From: Naegleria gruberi
Lineage: Eukaryota
Assembly (NCBI GenBank): GCA_000004985.1
Contig: GG738917.1
Length of the DNA: 64,000 nt
Direction: 5' to 3' (one strand)
The notes under the pieces are model-generated. The model made no database searches. It had not been told where the DNA came from and saw nothing but the letters and a program-made list of their open reading frames with translations. Made by a program: the position numbers and the translations under genes. This document shows, piece after piece, positions 1 through 11,554 of this stretch. Each line of letters begins with the position of its first letter. The stretch's first letter is position 1.

Positions 1-123
1 TGATGAGGCAGTACTGGCTGGTCCTCTGCATTGACTGGCTGTGGCATCAACATAGATAACCATGGCCAACAAGGCAACCAAACCAAACAATACGCTGATT
101 CTTACACCTCTGTTAAATAACAT
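1..123 (-). CDS. 5' end of a minus-strand gene encoding a secreted/membrane protein; the gene continues beyond the window start
   Basis: The reverse complement of 112-123 is an ATG followed by MLFNRGVRISVLFGLVALLAMVIYVDATASQCRGPAS... (a hydrophobic signal-peptide-like stretch), open to the window edge. The codon composition is GC-richer, as coding sequence is here. Confidence 0.3.
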   Translation of the reverse strand, partial: MLFNRGVRISVLFGLVALLAMVIYVDATASQCRGPASTASS

Positions 124-358
124 TTTTTTAAAGATACACACTCATAATTTTACAGAACTGATACATTTCTCACTATCAACCTTCCAAATTAAGTATGATG
201 TGAGTACGGTAGTGGAACACTTTCTGGATATTTGAAGTTTTCAATCGAGTCAGCATGGAATAGGAACAAATAAACAGCACTTATGTGGCATGATAAAAGA
301 ATTTGGGTATTAATTCAGTTAGCTATCAAGAGATTTGTAAAATAATTTATCTGAAAAA

Positions 359-1126
359 ATGCCTAATTTCAAATATTTTTCGGTGCTGATCCTCGTTTCA
401 ATAATTACATTGGTAATGGAATTTGTTTTAGCTGGGGTGACTATTCCAGCAAGTATTGCTCCTCTCAACACCATCATTAATTTAAAAAACAGCCAAACCG
501 ATTTCAACAATAATGGAAATCAGACTGATGCATTCACTCCTATAGCATTGGAAGGAAAGATGAATATCACGATCAGTGCTCGTTATTTTACCTTGATTAA
601 TTTGCCAACTAATAGAATTATAGTATTGAATATTTCGGAAGTGGATAATTGCAAACAACAACAGAACAGTTCGGAATCAACAACATGCACTTCATCCGAG
701 AGTAATAATTTGAAATTTCTAATTCAATACAGTGATTGGGTAACCGAGAAAAAGTATGAAATGGTAATAACACCAAACACTAATTTTACATTGAAAATCA
801 AGAATGCCAACGATAGTACATTCTATTCGATTGGAGTTTTCAGAGTAAAATCCTCAAAAAACATTGATGGAGCAATAACAGATGGTAATGAATATAATTT
901 CCTATTTCAGTTGGATGTTGTGGACTCTATTGAAATGCCAGAATATGTATTTGTGATAATAATGATTTGTTCAGGACTTGTTGCTTCAATTATGTTTTTA
1001 ATTACATTAATTCAATCTGGAGTTTCAATGACTTTTGTTTTGGGAGTGGATTTCTTTTCATTATGTTATAGGAGAGGAAAGAAAGGTTATTCACAAATTA
1101 ATGTGAATATTCCTGAGGAAGAGTAA
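359..1126 (+). CDS. hypothetical type I membrane glycoprotein with an N-terminal signal/anchor, many N-x-S/T sites and a C-terminal TM segment
   Basis: 255-aa ORF. It has a hydrophobic N-terminus (FSVLILVSIITLVMEFVLAG), multiple NxS/T sequons and a C-terminal hydrophobic stretch (VFVIIMICSGLVASIMFLITLI) followed by a basic tail. The start is in an AAAATG context. Confidence 0.45.
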   Translation: MPNFKYFSVLILVSIITLVMEFVLAGVTIPASIAPLNTIINLKNSQTDFNNNGNQTDAFTPIALEGKMNITISARYFTLINLPTNRIIVLNISEVDNCKQQQNSSESTTCTSSESNNLKFLIQYSDWVTEKKYEMVITPNTNFTLKIKNANDSTFYSIGVFRVKSSKNIDGAITDGNEYNFLFQLDVVDSIEMPEYVFVIIMICSGLVASIMFLITLIQSGVSMTFVLGVDFFSLCYRRGKKGYSQINVNIPEEE

Positions 1127-1129
1127 AGC

Positions 1130-3520
1130 TTAGAAACTCAATTTTCTCGAGGTTGGAATAATGAAATCGCCCAACAGTAATCCAATAGTTACTGATACCG
1201 TGATAGAAAGTAAATTGAATACAAATTCAATGCCACTAATCAAACTAGTCTCATCTCCTGAGCTAGCTGTCAAAAATTCCTTAACACCTCTCACACCAAA
1301 TGCAGCAGGTATTAACAAAACAGTACCACAAACTGTAACCAGTAAAGCAGGATTTTTGGTAATATGAGCATACAAATTACCAGTAACACCACAAACAAGA
1401 GCTCCTAATAAAGCACCCACTTCTGTTCCTAAATAGTATGAGCTGTATGTAGTTACAAAGAATGAAAGATAAGAAATGATAGCTACGAAAATATAGGTCA
1501 CTATCTTCTTGGGCACTCTGAACGTGAAAATATTTGAAACAATAATAAGTGGTAAAACTAGAGCTAAAATCCACTCTGGAACTCGTCTAAAGGTTCGGTA
1601 CTTGTCTGGTTTTTCGTGAGAAAAAATGGTGGTAGAATTCGATAAGAAGTGGTCTATTCCTGTGGCCATCAACACACCAAATCCAAGCTGTAATGTCACA
1701 ATGAAACCACTGAATAATCTTACTGAACCACTCAACAAGTGTCTCGTACTCAACTCGGCAATACCTGTTGTGAATTGAATACCTGGTAAAATGGAGAATA
1801 CGCCACAAAGCGTTACCAAAAATACTGATAATGGAGAGGCAACTGGATCAGCAAATTGGGCAAAAACGATTTTCAAAATTGTGGCTACAATACCAGCAAC
1901 CACAGAATTAATTACACTATTTACACGTTGGAAATATGGATACCTTTCTGCAAGTGTACAGAAAAGACCAACAAGAACACCTATCGCACAAGAGGTTATC
2001 ATTTCAATAATACTTCCATCCAAGAATACTACCCAAGCAAAGCTATTGAGCAAGTGAGTTATGATTTGATAAAATGAATGGTTAAATATTGGCTTACTCT
2101 TAATGACCTTTCTAATTCTTGTTCTTGCATCAGGAATGGTAATTTTTCTTTGAGCAAGTTCATCAGCAATGTGATCGAGCTTGTACAACTTGTCAAGATT
2201 CAAAGAGCCACCAGCTGATGATAAATTAGCACTATCGATGGTAATATAAAGAGTAGTAGAGGTACTTCTACCATTTTCAACATTAAAGTGTGTCCAATCG
2301 ATAGGGTCAGAGAATGAAAACAACAACCCAGTACTGGTATATTCAATTTGGCATGGTTTGACACCGAATTGTTTTGAAATATATGTAAGATGGTACTCTA
2401 AACGGTGCGCTGGAATACCAAAAGTTGCCAAAGCAAATCCAAGATCGATGAGAATTAATTGAACTTGTCTTTCATATTCGAATATTGTCGAGTAGGAGCT
2501 TCCTACTACTTGATTACCATTATCTGATAAACTTTCATCCACAACAATTTTTCCCTCCTCCATTTCAGTAATCTTTTCATTTGAAAAGATGGAATCAGAT
2601 GGTAATTTCTCCTCACTCTCTGAAATAGGTTTGTTTGAAAATGATTTGGTAAAGTAATTATCAAATACATTGAAGGATGGAGATTTCTTTGTCGAAGAAG
2701 TTGGAGTAACATTATGCATATTTGGAATAGATCCCAAATGCAGTGGTTGATCCCTTTCAGAGAGGGCATTCATATTATCTTCACTTTTAACAGTCTCCAA
2801 CCCTTCAGCACTAGGTGTTTTGGCTCCTTTTTTTCTGATAATTATATTAGATTTTTCAACAAAAGATCCTGAAGTTTTCTTCTTTCTTAAACGTTTGTTT
2901 TGAGAAGGAATATTTAGTGTAATATCACTTCTCTCCCTGTTAATTTCATGTTCAATAGGATCCATAGTATCATCCTCTTCGGATTTATAAATTAATTTGG
3001 GTGCACTTGTAATTGGTTGTCTTTGTTGTTTCATGGTGCGTTTTGTTTCCTTCATTCGTTGCACCATACCATTAATCATTCTCACACGTTCTTCCAAAAG
3101 TTCCTTTTGTTGAGTCAATTGAACAAGTGATGTTCTTTTAAAATCATCAGAAGGTAACAAGCTGTTAGATTGAGAATCATAGGAGGACAACATGTCTCTG
3201 TGAGGATATTCGGATTGGCTTCTCAATAAATGATGAGGTTTTTGTGCTGATTCATCCTTATTGCCAACCATTTCAAGCCACCACCACTTTGGACTTGTTT
3301 TCTTTTGTTTCGGAGTTGCTTTCTTGGAAACATCTACAATAGGACTATCATCATCAATAATAATTTCCTCCGATTTGGTTGTTTCCTGTTGATGGTCTTC
3401 CCTTTGTTGAAGTCCAAACCAATTAAACAATGATCTTTTTCCTGATGTTTGTTTCCTCTGTTCTGGTTGTTTAGCACTTGTAGAATTGATTGAATTTTGA
3501 ATTGAAGTATGATGAATCAT
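1130..3520 (-). CDS. ThrE/DUF1212 + DUF3815 family membrane protein (yeast Prm10-like putative transporter) with a long disordered Ser/Lys-rich N-terminal region
   Basis: 796-aa single ORF. The N-terminal 350 aa are low complexity. The C-terminal half is polytopic, with motifs typical of ThrE-family proteins (LILIDLGFALATFGIPAHRLEYHL...; a second multi-TM block follows). The frame upstream of the ATG hits a stop before the gap, so 3520 is taken as the start. Confidence 0.55.
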   Translation of the reverse strand: MIHHTSIQNSINSTSAKQPEQRKQTSGKRSLFNWFGLQQREDHQQETTKSEEIIIDDDSPIVDVSKKATPKQKKTSPKWWWLEMVGNKDESAQKPHHLLRSQSEYPHRDMLSSYDSQSNSLLPSDDFKRTSLVQLTQQKELLEERVRMINGMVQRMKETKRTMKQQRQPITSAPKLIYKSEEDDTMDPIEHEINRERSDITLNIPSQNKRLRKKKTSGSFVEKSNIIIRKKGAKTPSAEGLETVKSEDNMNALSERDQPLHLGSIPNMHNVTPTSSTKKSPSFNVFDNYFTKSFSNKPISESEEKLPSDSIFSNEKITEMEEGKIVVDESLSDNGNQVVGSSYSTIFEYERQVQLILIDLGFALATFGIPAHRLEYHLTYISKQFGVKPCQIEYTSTGLLFSFSDPIDWTHFNVENGRSTSTTLYITIDSANLSSAGGSLNLDKLYKLDHIADELAQRKITIPDARTRIRKVIKSKPIFNHSFYQIITHLLNSFAWVVFLDGSIIEMITSCAIGVLVGLFCTLAERYPYFQRVNSVINSVVAGIVATILKIVFAQFADPVASPLSVFLVTLCGVFSILPGIQFTTGIAELSTRHLLSGSVRLFSGFIVTLQLGFGVLMATGIDHFLSNSTTIFSHEKPDKYRTFRRVPEWILALVLPLIIVSNIFTFRVPKKIVTYIFVAIISYLSFFVTTYSSYYLGTEVGALLGALVCGVTGNLYAHITKNPALLVTVCGTVLLIPAAFGVRGVKEFLTASSGDETSLISGIEFVFNLLSITVSVTIGLLLGDFIIPTSRKLSF

Positions 3521-3752
3521 TGGTGTATCTTCCTCCTCTTCAGTTGAAGACTCTTCCGCACTCTCTGATTCATCTGCATCAGATGAAGAGATGTGAATCT
3601 GTTGCTTGGCAACACTGTTTTGTTTAATTAATCTCCTTTTACTTCCATTATTATTATTGTTGATATTATTACTATTGGGAAGACTTTGACTAATGGTCGG
3701 ATGTTGTTGTTCTAATGTTGATGATGATGAACCAATAATTCATAATATTCNN

Positions 3753-4300
3753 NNNNNNNNNNNNNNNNNNNNNNNNNNNNNNNNNNNNNNNNNNNNNNNN
3801 NNNNNNNNNNNNNNNNNNNNNNNNNNNNNNNNNNNNNNNNNNNNNNNNNNNNNNNNNNNNNNNNNNNNNNNNNNNNNNNNNNNNNNNNNNNNNNNNNNNN
3901 NNNNNNNNNNNNNNNNNNNNNNNNNNNNNNNNNNNNNNNNNNNNNNNNNNNNNNNNNNNNNNNNNNNNNNNNNNNNNNNNNNNNNNNNNNNNNNNNNNNN
4001 NNNNNNNNNNNNNNNNNNNNNNNNNNNNNNNNNNNNNNNNNNNNNNNNNNNNNNNNNNNNNNNNNNNNNNNNNNNNNNNNNNNNNNNNNNNNNNNNNNNN
4101 NNNNNNNNNNNNNNNNNNNNNNNNNNNNNNNNNNNNNNNNNNNNNNNNNNNNNNNNNNNNNNNNNNNNNNNNNNNNNNNNNNNNNNNNNNNNNNNNNNNN
4201 NNNNNNNNNNNNNNNNNNNNNNNNNNNNNNNNNNNNNNNNNNNNNNNNNNNNNNNNNNNNNNNNNNNNNNNNNNNNNNNNNNNNNNNNNNNNNNNNNNNN
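3753..4300. other. assembly gap (548 N)
   Basis: Run of N characters. The X-containing ORFs at 3690-4385 on both strands are artefacts of translating across the gap. Confidence 0.99.
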
Positions 4301-4609
4301 GCAATTTACTGTAAATTATTTGTTCGCTTCAATAGAACACCACATTCGCATAGCACACAACCTTATAACGCGCACGACAATATAGTATGAAATTCATATT
4401 GCGCTATACATACCTTTGCTCAATAAACACTTTCTTATGAAAATACAAATTATCTTGGTGCTTTCAACACCTATCCCGTAGAGAAATTTGAAATTCAAAA
4501 GGTAGCAGCACAACCTTAAATCCATTGCGAATTTCTTCATTCATTTTCATTCATCAAATCATCAAACGTAACGGACAGCTAATTCTCTCTCCCAAATAAT
4601 CTTAAAAAA

Positions 4610-6115
4610 ATGAGTGCAGTGACTATGAGGAGGAAGAATATGAACCGCATCGAGTTGGTTCCTCAAAGAAGTGCTGCTACAAATGGTGGTGGTGGTGGTT
4701 GTGGTGTTGGACTTAATTCATCTTGTGTGCTATCGCCAACCAATAATGCAACATCGCCTACTAATAATACAACAATAGTGATGGGTGAGGGAACAACATC
4801 TAAGGGTGGTATGATTAGTTCTGCGAGAGGAAGTAATCAAGATAAGAAAAACTCTCCCTCTAATCAAAATAGACCATCTACGACTAGTTCGATATTTTCA
4901 ATGACATCTTCTGTAAAGTCTGCAAAGATTGTTGAGAGTAGAAGTTCTCTTATCAAGAAGGCCAATGATCGTTTTGCACACAAGAAAATGTCCATCTCTG
5001 ATAGAAATTCAACATTCCCTGGAGTTAATGAGTACAGATTTGCAAAGGAGAAGGAAGATATTATGGAATCTGTGCTCGATAAGATTAACAATCTCTCCAA
5101 TCATTCGTACTTTACTGGCTCTGATGATGGAAAATCTCAAAAGAGCTCAGACCTCTTCATCATGGGCAAAGCTCCAAGTGTCTCACAATCTCAACAATCG
5201 ACTGAATCTCAACTCTCCTCACAATCTCAATATCAAAGACAATATATTGAATGGAAAAATGCAAAAGAAATCAATGAGAGCAGTAAGCAAATTGCAGAAA
5301 CTATCAAGAAAAGAGAAGGACATGTTCCATTTGGTACTTTTGGAGTGTTCCAAACTGGTAACTCAATATATAAGAGGGACTTTATTACAGAGGATGCTCT
5401 GAAGAAGAGAATGAATGAAATTGAAATTGAGGAGAGAGGAAGTTATGTTTTGAATAATCCATGGGAGAAGAATGATGACGATGAAGTAGCAGACGAAGAA
5501 AACAATAAGGAAGACTCTCCAATAGCTGAACAAACAGCGAATGCTGAAGAGAACCATAGACAAACATCAGAGAATGAAGGAAACAATAACTCGAGGGCCT
5601 GTACTCCTATGGATATTGACAAGAGAAGTTCGAGCTCTGGCTCTGCGCAAGAGGAAGATCCTATTGAAATTATTGGAGAGGAACCACATCCAGAAGGACA
5701 GTCAGTGGCCATGATCAATGTAACAAAACCAACAGACTTTGATGCTGCATCTGTGTTTAGCTGTAGTACTCATCACAGTCTATACTCGAGAAGATATGCA
5801 CCTTCAACATGTTCATCAACATTTAGTACAGGGAAAAAGGGTATTAAGGGTGGTAAAGCCAAATATATGCCTAGACCTATGGCTTCCTCGCTGATAGAGC
5901 CTCGATTAAAAACATCGAGTTCTGCTCATTCATCCAATTCCCAAACACCACCTCCAACATCACCTTCTTCCTCCACCACTCTTTCCAAATCTCTCAATAT
6001 TGATGATGTGCGTAAAAACTTTACTCCAATTTCTTCTAGGCATAATTTCCCCCAAGGTAGAAAGAATACTTTCAATTCGATCATAAGATCGAGTGATGTA
6101 CTGTCCACCAACTAA
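4610..6115 (+). CDS. hypothetical Ser/Thr/Asn-rich low-complexity protein
   Basis: 501-aa single ORF with an AAAAATG start. It has poly-G, Ser-rich and acidic low-complexity segments and no recognisable catalytic domain. Confidence 0.45.
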   Translation: MSAVTMRRKNMNRIELVPQRSAATNGGGGGCGVGLNSSCVLSPTNNATSPTNNTTIVMGEGTTSKGGMISSARGSNQDKKNSPSNQNRPSTTSSIFSMTSSVKSAKIVESRSSLIKKANDRFAHKKMSISDRNSTFPGVNEYRFAKEKEDIMESVLDKINNLSNHSYFTGSDDGKSQKSSDLFIMGKAPSVSQSQQSTESQLSSQSQYQRQYIEWKNAKEINESSKQIAETIKKREGHVPFGTFGVFQTGNSIYKRDFITEDALKKRMNEIEIEERGSYVLNNPWEKNDDDEVADEENNKEDSPIAEQTANAEENHRQTSENEGNNNSRACTPMDIDKRSSSSGSAQEEDPIEIIGEEPHPEGQSVAMINVTKPTDFDAASVFSCSTHHSLYSRRYAPSTCSSTFSTGKKGIKGGKAKYMPRPMASSLIEPRLKTSSSAHSSNSQTPPPTSPSSSTTLSKSLNIDDVRKNFTPISSRHNFPQGRKNTFNSIIRSSDVLSTN

Positions 6116-6188
6116 TTTGTACATAATAAATAATAAGTTGTAGTTTTATTATAACATAGGCCTTTGAGGATGCTGGTCAATTCATAAT

Positions 6189-8171
6189 TTATTCAGTTTT
6201 CAACTTTCCAGAAGATGGTTCTTCAACAATTTCTTGGGATGGTTGTTTTTCTTCAGTTGACTCCTCATTGACTTTTTCTTCAGTGGTTGTTTCAGTAATT
6301 TCAGATTGTTTTTCTGTTGTTTGTTCTTCACCTCCTAATTATTTTAAATATTATTAATTATTAATTATTAATTGTAAATATTTACCTTGACCAAACTCAT
6401 TTACTCTCTTCAAGTCAACTGGATAAATCCATCTTTGATAAAGGTAAATGAAGAAAATGACGTCATCTCTCAAACAAGCAAGCTTGTACATATTTGGACT
6501 TTGAATAACAAAGGCAAACAAGTCATCAACAAATGTGTTAAGGGCCTTATAGACATAGGATTTCCATGGCATGGCAGCAACAGATTTGAGCTTGTAGTTA
6601 ACATAAACTTGTGGAACAGAGTTGAGGAAACCGAAAACATAGATAAATCCAACAATTGTGGACAAGACAAAGCTATACCATGATCTAAATTCATGATTGT
6701 AGAGAGCATAAATTGCATAACCAACAATCAATGGATAGAATACATAGGAAAGATAAGTGATGGCTTCGTTATCATATTCCTTAGTCTTGCTTTCAACATA
6801 GCTAGACTTGTCAGTAATCTCGATAAAGTATGGGAATTTGTTAGTTTTCTTGATTGATACATCTACAACCTTACTAATCTTCCAATATTCGATTAGTAAA
6901 CCAATACCATTACTAATTAAAATCATCCATGAGGTTTCATTATCGAACAAATAGAGGAAAATAGCTGTCTGGAAGAAGCAGTTCACAAAGATTGAACGAA
7001 TTGATAAACCTTCCATATTCTTTTGATTTCTATAGAATTGAATATCATTCTTGAATGCCAAAAAGTCAAAGACACTATGTAAAATGGATACAACAATAGT
7101 AATAGCCAACAAGTATGGATTAGTTTCAAAAAGCATACGCTTAATTTCATCAGACTCTGCTTCATCAGATCCAAATTGTTTTTGCATTCTGAGGGATTCA
7201 TCCATTTGTAAATGGAATTGCCACTTCCATTGATTTACAATTGACAAGTCCAATTCTAAAGGTAAGCTTTTCAATGTATCATTGAGAGCAACAAAGTGAC
7301 TTCTAATTGTCCAAAAATCATTAAAATAAAGAACTGGATAATATCTCTTTGGATTTCCACGCATTGGTAATAAGTGAATTGCTGATTGGAAATGAGCAGG
7401 AAGAGAACTAAGTGGAAGAGCATCATGCATATCAACCATACTCAAAAACACTTTTGGTAAATAATGAGGAATGTACAAATCTCCAACTTCTGCACTGCTT
7501 TCAGTTTCATTTTGTGTAGATGAATCAAAGAGTAAATTTCTCTTCTTATTCCTCTTTACTTTCAAAACTCTACTAAATGGATGAGTAATGTGTAAAATTC
7601 GTTCTGGTAATGAATTTCCTTCCTCCTGTAAGAAAGCATGGAAATGAACTGATTTGTTACCAATCAATAAATCATAAAACACTGGATAATCAGTTTGATT
7701 ATTAAATGTCAAATTAAATGTTTTGTGATTACTTTCACGATCATCATAATAAACTCTATCTTGCAACAATAATTCATGATGAATAGGTTCCGATGAAGTA
7801 TAGTTTACACGATCATAGATTTTTCGCATTAATTTTCTATCACTACTTGTTGATAAATAGAGTTGCAAAGTCATGGCACACGATTTACGGAAGGCAGGAG
7901 CAGCAACTATGGATGCTGATGAAGGTGCTGATTGAGTTGTTGTTGTTGTTGTAGTTTTGGAATCTAGTGAAGAAGCAGCACCATTATTTGCTTGATTTCC
8001 ACCACCTCCGAACAAACCTCCAGAAATCATCTTCATTACGAAAAAGACAATCAACACTCTAGAAATGGTTGAAAGTATTGTTGAGAAGGTGGATCCTTCT
8101 TCATTGTTGGTTCTGGCTGCTGTTGTTGTAGCAGAAGACTGTTGAGCAACAGTACCACCACTTGAAGACAT
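6189..8171 (-). CDS. CLPTM1 (cleft lip and palate transmembrane protein 1) family protein; 2 exons
   Basis: The 605-aa ORF has conserved CLPTM1 core motifs (NPYLLAITIVVSILHSVFDFLAFKNDIQFYRN..., multi-TM). A GTAAAT...TAG intron (about 6305-6358) joins the main exon in frame to an acidic C-terminal exon (...EEQTTEKQSEITETTTEEKVNEES...KTE*), typical of CLPTM1 tails. Confidence 0.7.
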
Positions 8172-8346
8172 TTTTTATTTCAATTTTATTTGAACACGTT
8201 TTTGGAATTTTAAAAAAGTATCCATCGATACTTTGTTGAAATCCATTGAGGAAATATTAATCAATTCCAAAATAATCCGCTCAATAGGGAAGAACACATG
8301 CTCTAGATCTGTACAATGCCAAAAAAAGTACAATATCTCTCAATAT

Positions 8347-9097
8347 TTATTGAAAAACGAGAGCCAACAAGGCAAGCAAACATCCAACTAAAACAATGAA
8401 TGAATTTTCAGATGTTCTTAAGGCAGCACCAGTTTTGCCAGTATTGGTATTGGTATTTCCCTTACCAACACTTGCAGCAGCAACAACTTTACCTGCAACA
8501 TTGATATCAACACATCCATAATATGGAGCTTCGTTTGCAGGAATCCACATCCATTGCAAAGTACAATTACTGCAATATCTATCTGGAATGGTAACATTTA
8601 CAACAGTATCACCAGCAGCACTCTTGATATTGTTGGCAAGAATGGTGGAAGCACCTCCAGCATAATCAAGAATTGAAATTCTCATAACACCACCTGTGTT
8701 GTTTTTTCATATAAATTGAATTTAATTTAATTTACTTTCCAATAACAAAACATACCGTGATTGGCTTGAATATTCCATGTGATTGGGACTACTTGATTAG
8801 CCTTGTAATTTTGTGTTGCCTTGGTCTTGGCAACGCTTCCACATGGTGATGTTTTTTGTGTGAGAGCCTGATGTCAAACAAGTGACGACGGTTGGCATGT
8901 GAAAATGGGTGAGATAGTGAAAGAGGAGTAGTAACAAAAAAAACGTGTTGATAAATAATATTAACATTGTTAATACCTACATCTGATCTACCAAAAGTTC
9001 TTGGCTTTGGGTTAATGAATTGACCGTGACCATTTGTGAATTGGAAAATGGTAAATAATAAAGTGAAGGCCAAGATGGCAAGGACAGTTGTACGCAT
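8347..9097 (-). CDS. secreted, probably GPI-anchored, AA10-like lytic polysaccharide monooxygenase (LPMO)-fold copper protein; 3 exons
   Basis: Signal peptide MRTTVLAILAFTLLFTIFQFTNG, then the mature N-terminus HGQFINPKPR (His1; P7 and R10 spaced as in AA10 HGYVESPASR). CGSV follows (AA10: QCGSVQ). ITWNIQANHG matches the second brace His (AA10: FTWKLTARH). PYYGCVDINV matches AA10 AFYQAIDVNL, with the axial Tyr/Phe. The C-terminus has a Gly/Asn/Thr-rich linker and a hydrophobic tail (GPI signal). Introns were placed by GTAGGT/GTATGT donors and AG acceptors at about 8890-8985 and about 8688-8760. Confidence 0.45.
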
Positions 9098-9297
9098 TTG
9101 TTGTGTTTGTTTTTTTTAAAGATGGGCTTTTAGAGTGTGATGATTGGAAACATGCGGATCAAAGACAGATGACAGGGATTCTTGATGATACAGATCGATT
9201 TGTCCAGTACAGAATACATTCAAATTATTTTTGACATAGGCCAGGCGGTAATTAATAGTAAATTGAGGCAATGGGATGTAATTAGTTGAGTTTAGGT

Positions 9298-10125
9298 TTA
9301 CTCTCTAGGATGTCTGTGTTGTTTGGATTGTTTGAGAGATTTGAATTTCCTGTCAAATTCGTCCTTTTCCATTTTTCTTTTCACACACCTTTGGATGGAT
9401 TGTTTCAGGTGTTGAGCTTTCCTTCTGATTCGTTCTGGTGTGATTAATCTCTGAATTTTCACACCCTTAACAAACTTTTTTTTACAAATTACAACTTCTC
9501 GTTTTACAACATATTTTCTAACATCGTCCGATTTTGAAAGATTGAATAATTTACGAATTTTGGAAGCTCTCTTTGGTCCCAGAGTTTTGGGATGAATTGA
9601 ATCTGTGAGTCCAGGAATTTCTATTAAGAAATTAATTTATGAAACTCTAGTTTCAAAAACTTACCAAGAGCACCCTTTCGAATAATTATTGCAGAGACAG
9701 CTCTCAAATTTCTATCAAGAATGCATCCTTTTAGTTTAATTCTTCTCCTTTCTCCTTTTCTCTTTGCTTGCCATCCTCTATATCCAAACTCTCCTGGTCT
9801 CCTCAATATACAAGAAGTTCCGTATTTTATCAATCCAGGAGTGTAACAAGTTCCCAAATGGTCTGAAGCTCCTCTATCCAATATTTCATGATTCAAACAC
9901 CTCGTATTGAAAACCTACCTAATTTTAAATATATAATCTCTAAAATCATTTCCAATACAACTTCCATCAATTTCATCACCCAATTTCCTTCCTCTAAATG
10001 CTTCAGCACCTGAACCATAAATTTCAAATAATTTAGTTCGTCCAGTTTCTCTACAAGCCAATTGAAACTAACATTCAATTTTTCATCATTTTAATTAATA
10101 TCATATTTGATCATCATACCTTCAA
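9298..10125 (-). CDS. rps6: 40S ribosomal protein S6 (eS6), multi-exon; 5'-most exon/start codon not resolved
   Basis: Spliced minus-strand exons give ...[28 protein letters not shown]... (RPS6 N-terminal region), ...[61 protein letters not shown]...[20 protein letters not shown]... These match conserved RPS6 blocks ([29 protein letters not shown] / [26 protein letters not shown] / IQRLVTP). There are at least 3 introns of 45-60 nt. Confidence 0.75.
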
Positions 10126-10286
10126 TTGATGATAATAATTGTGTTTCAAAGTAAAAACACCCTCCGAAAATCCCCACTGTCTAACATCAACATCCTGTCT
10201 CATGTGTTCAAAGCCACTTCCGACAAGCAAATCCAATCTTTTCAGAGGATTTGATTGGGGAGGATATTTGGCTGGAGTGAGATTGT

Positions 10287-11554
10287 TTGGGCGAAGCATT
10301 TTTTTCAATTATTTTGATAATTATCAACTTTCAGCCCCAGATCATTGCATCTTTCTTTTGGAAAGGTTTCGTTTTTACAAATTGTGCTAAAGGAATCAAA
10401 CCTCCTTATCAGACTAGAAACAATAAAAAAATGGACAACTTAATTGATACCACATGCAATTTCAAAGCACAACACAAAGCACCTCTCAAATTTCCAGCAC
10501 ACATCCACAAGGGAGATAATTTGTTGGTTGCCATCGGAATTAAATCGAGTGCAAATTATTCAAGATCAAGAGTTGGTGATTTTTGGTATTTTTACGAATC
10601 AGTGTATGATGGCGTGAAATGTCGATTTGAAATTCAATCAAATATGCCATTGGATAGTTTTGCACCACCAGCTTTGAATATTCACAAAATTGTGTTGACT
10701 GTTTATCAAATGAATGAAATGGAGGAAAGGGAGCTATTACTTGAAACTAAATCTGAAAAAGAAGTATACTATTTTGGTGGTGTTCACAACCTGAAGAATT
10801 CAATAGAGAAAAAATTGCAAAAATCAATCGTATTATTGGAATTGACAAACTGTCATACAGTGCTAGAGCTTCTTGGGATATTTTAATGAACTATATGGAA
10901 GTTTACGGGTATTTTAGTTATTACCGTGTTGTACCTGGATCAAGGAATGAAAAAGTGTATTGTGAAATGTTGCTTCATGACAGTACACTGATTGACAGTA
11001 ATCATAGTGAAAACGCAACTTACAAAAAAAGATTTCATAAACTTGATGGAGTGGCAGCTAATAAGTCATGGGTTAATATAGATATCTCTAAATATCCGTA
11101 TATTGAAATGTTGAATTACAATGGAGACGAATTGAGATATTCTGAAAGTTTGGAGCAGACAAACAATTTAGGGATAATCACTATAACTTACAATTCGGAA
11201 ATTATTTATAGAGCTAGTTATCCTTATGAAAAGGTAGTTAGAATAGGAAATTCATATACTCCAAATTACCAAAGTCCAATTTACAAGAATGGTTTGATCT
11301 GTGAAATTGATGAGAGAAAACCAACACATTCAGTTTTCAAATTTGTTGAGAAAATGCTCCAAATCACTTTGAAACAAACAAGGAATTTTGAAATTTCAGA
11401 AATGGAACAAGAATGGTGTTCTTTATGTAACAGTCAATTTAAAAATCTTGTAATGATTTTCAATTTTAGAAATTACAAACATTTCAATCATTTGAATTTG
11501 AATAATGCACTGAGAAATTCATCAACTTTCTCAGATATTGTATTTTACAATTAG
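10287..11554 (+). CDS. hypothetical protein; two adjacent ORFs (10287-10886 and 10886-11554) in different frames, probably one gene joined by a short intron or a frameshift
   Basis: Both ORFs have coding-like composition and no recognisable domains. The likely true start is the internal MDNLIDTT at about 10430 (AAAAAATGG context). ORF 2 starts exactly at the stop of ORF 1. Confidence 0.3.

Noticed and set aside
1161-2077. Several 60-90-aa plus-strand ORFs inside 1130-3520
   Set aside because: They are antisense to the long ThrE-family ORF. They are shadow ORFs.
3690-4385. Two long ORFs consisting mostly of X residues
   Set aside because: They are translations through the 548-N assembly gap and are not genes.
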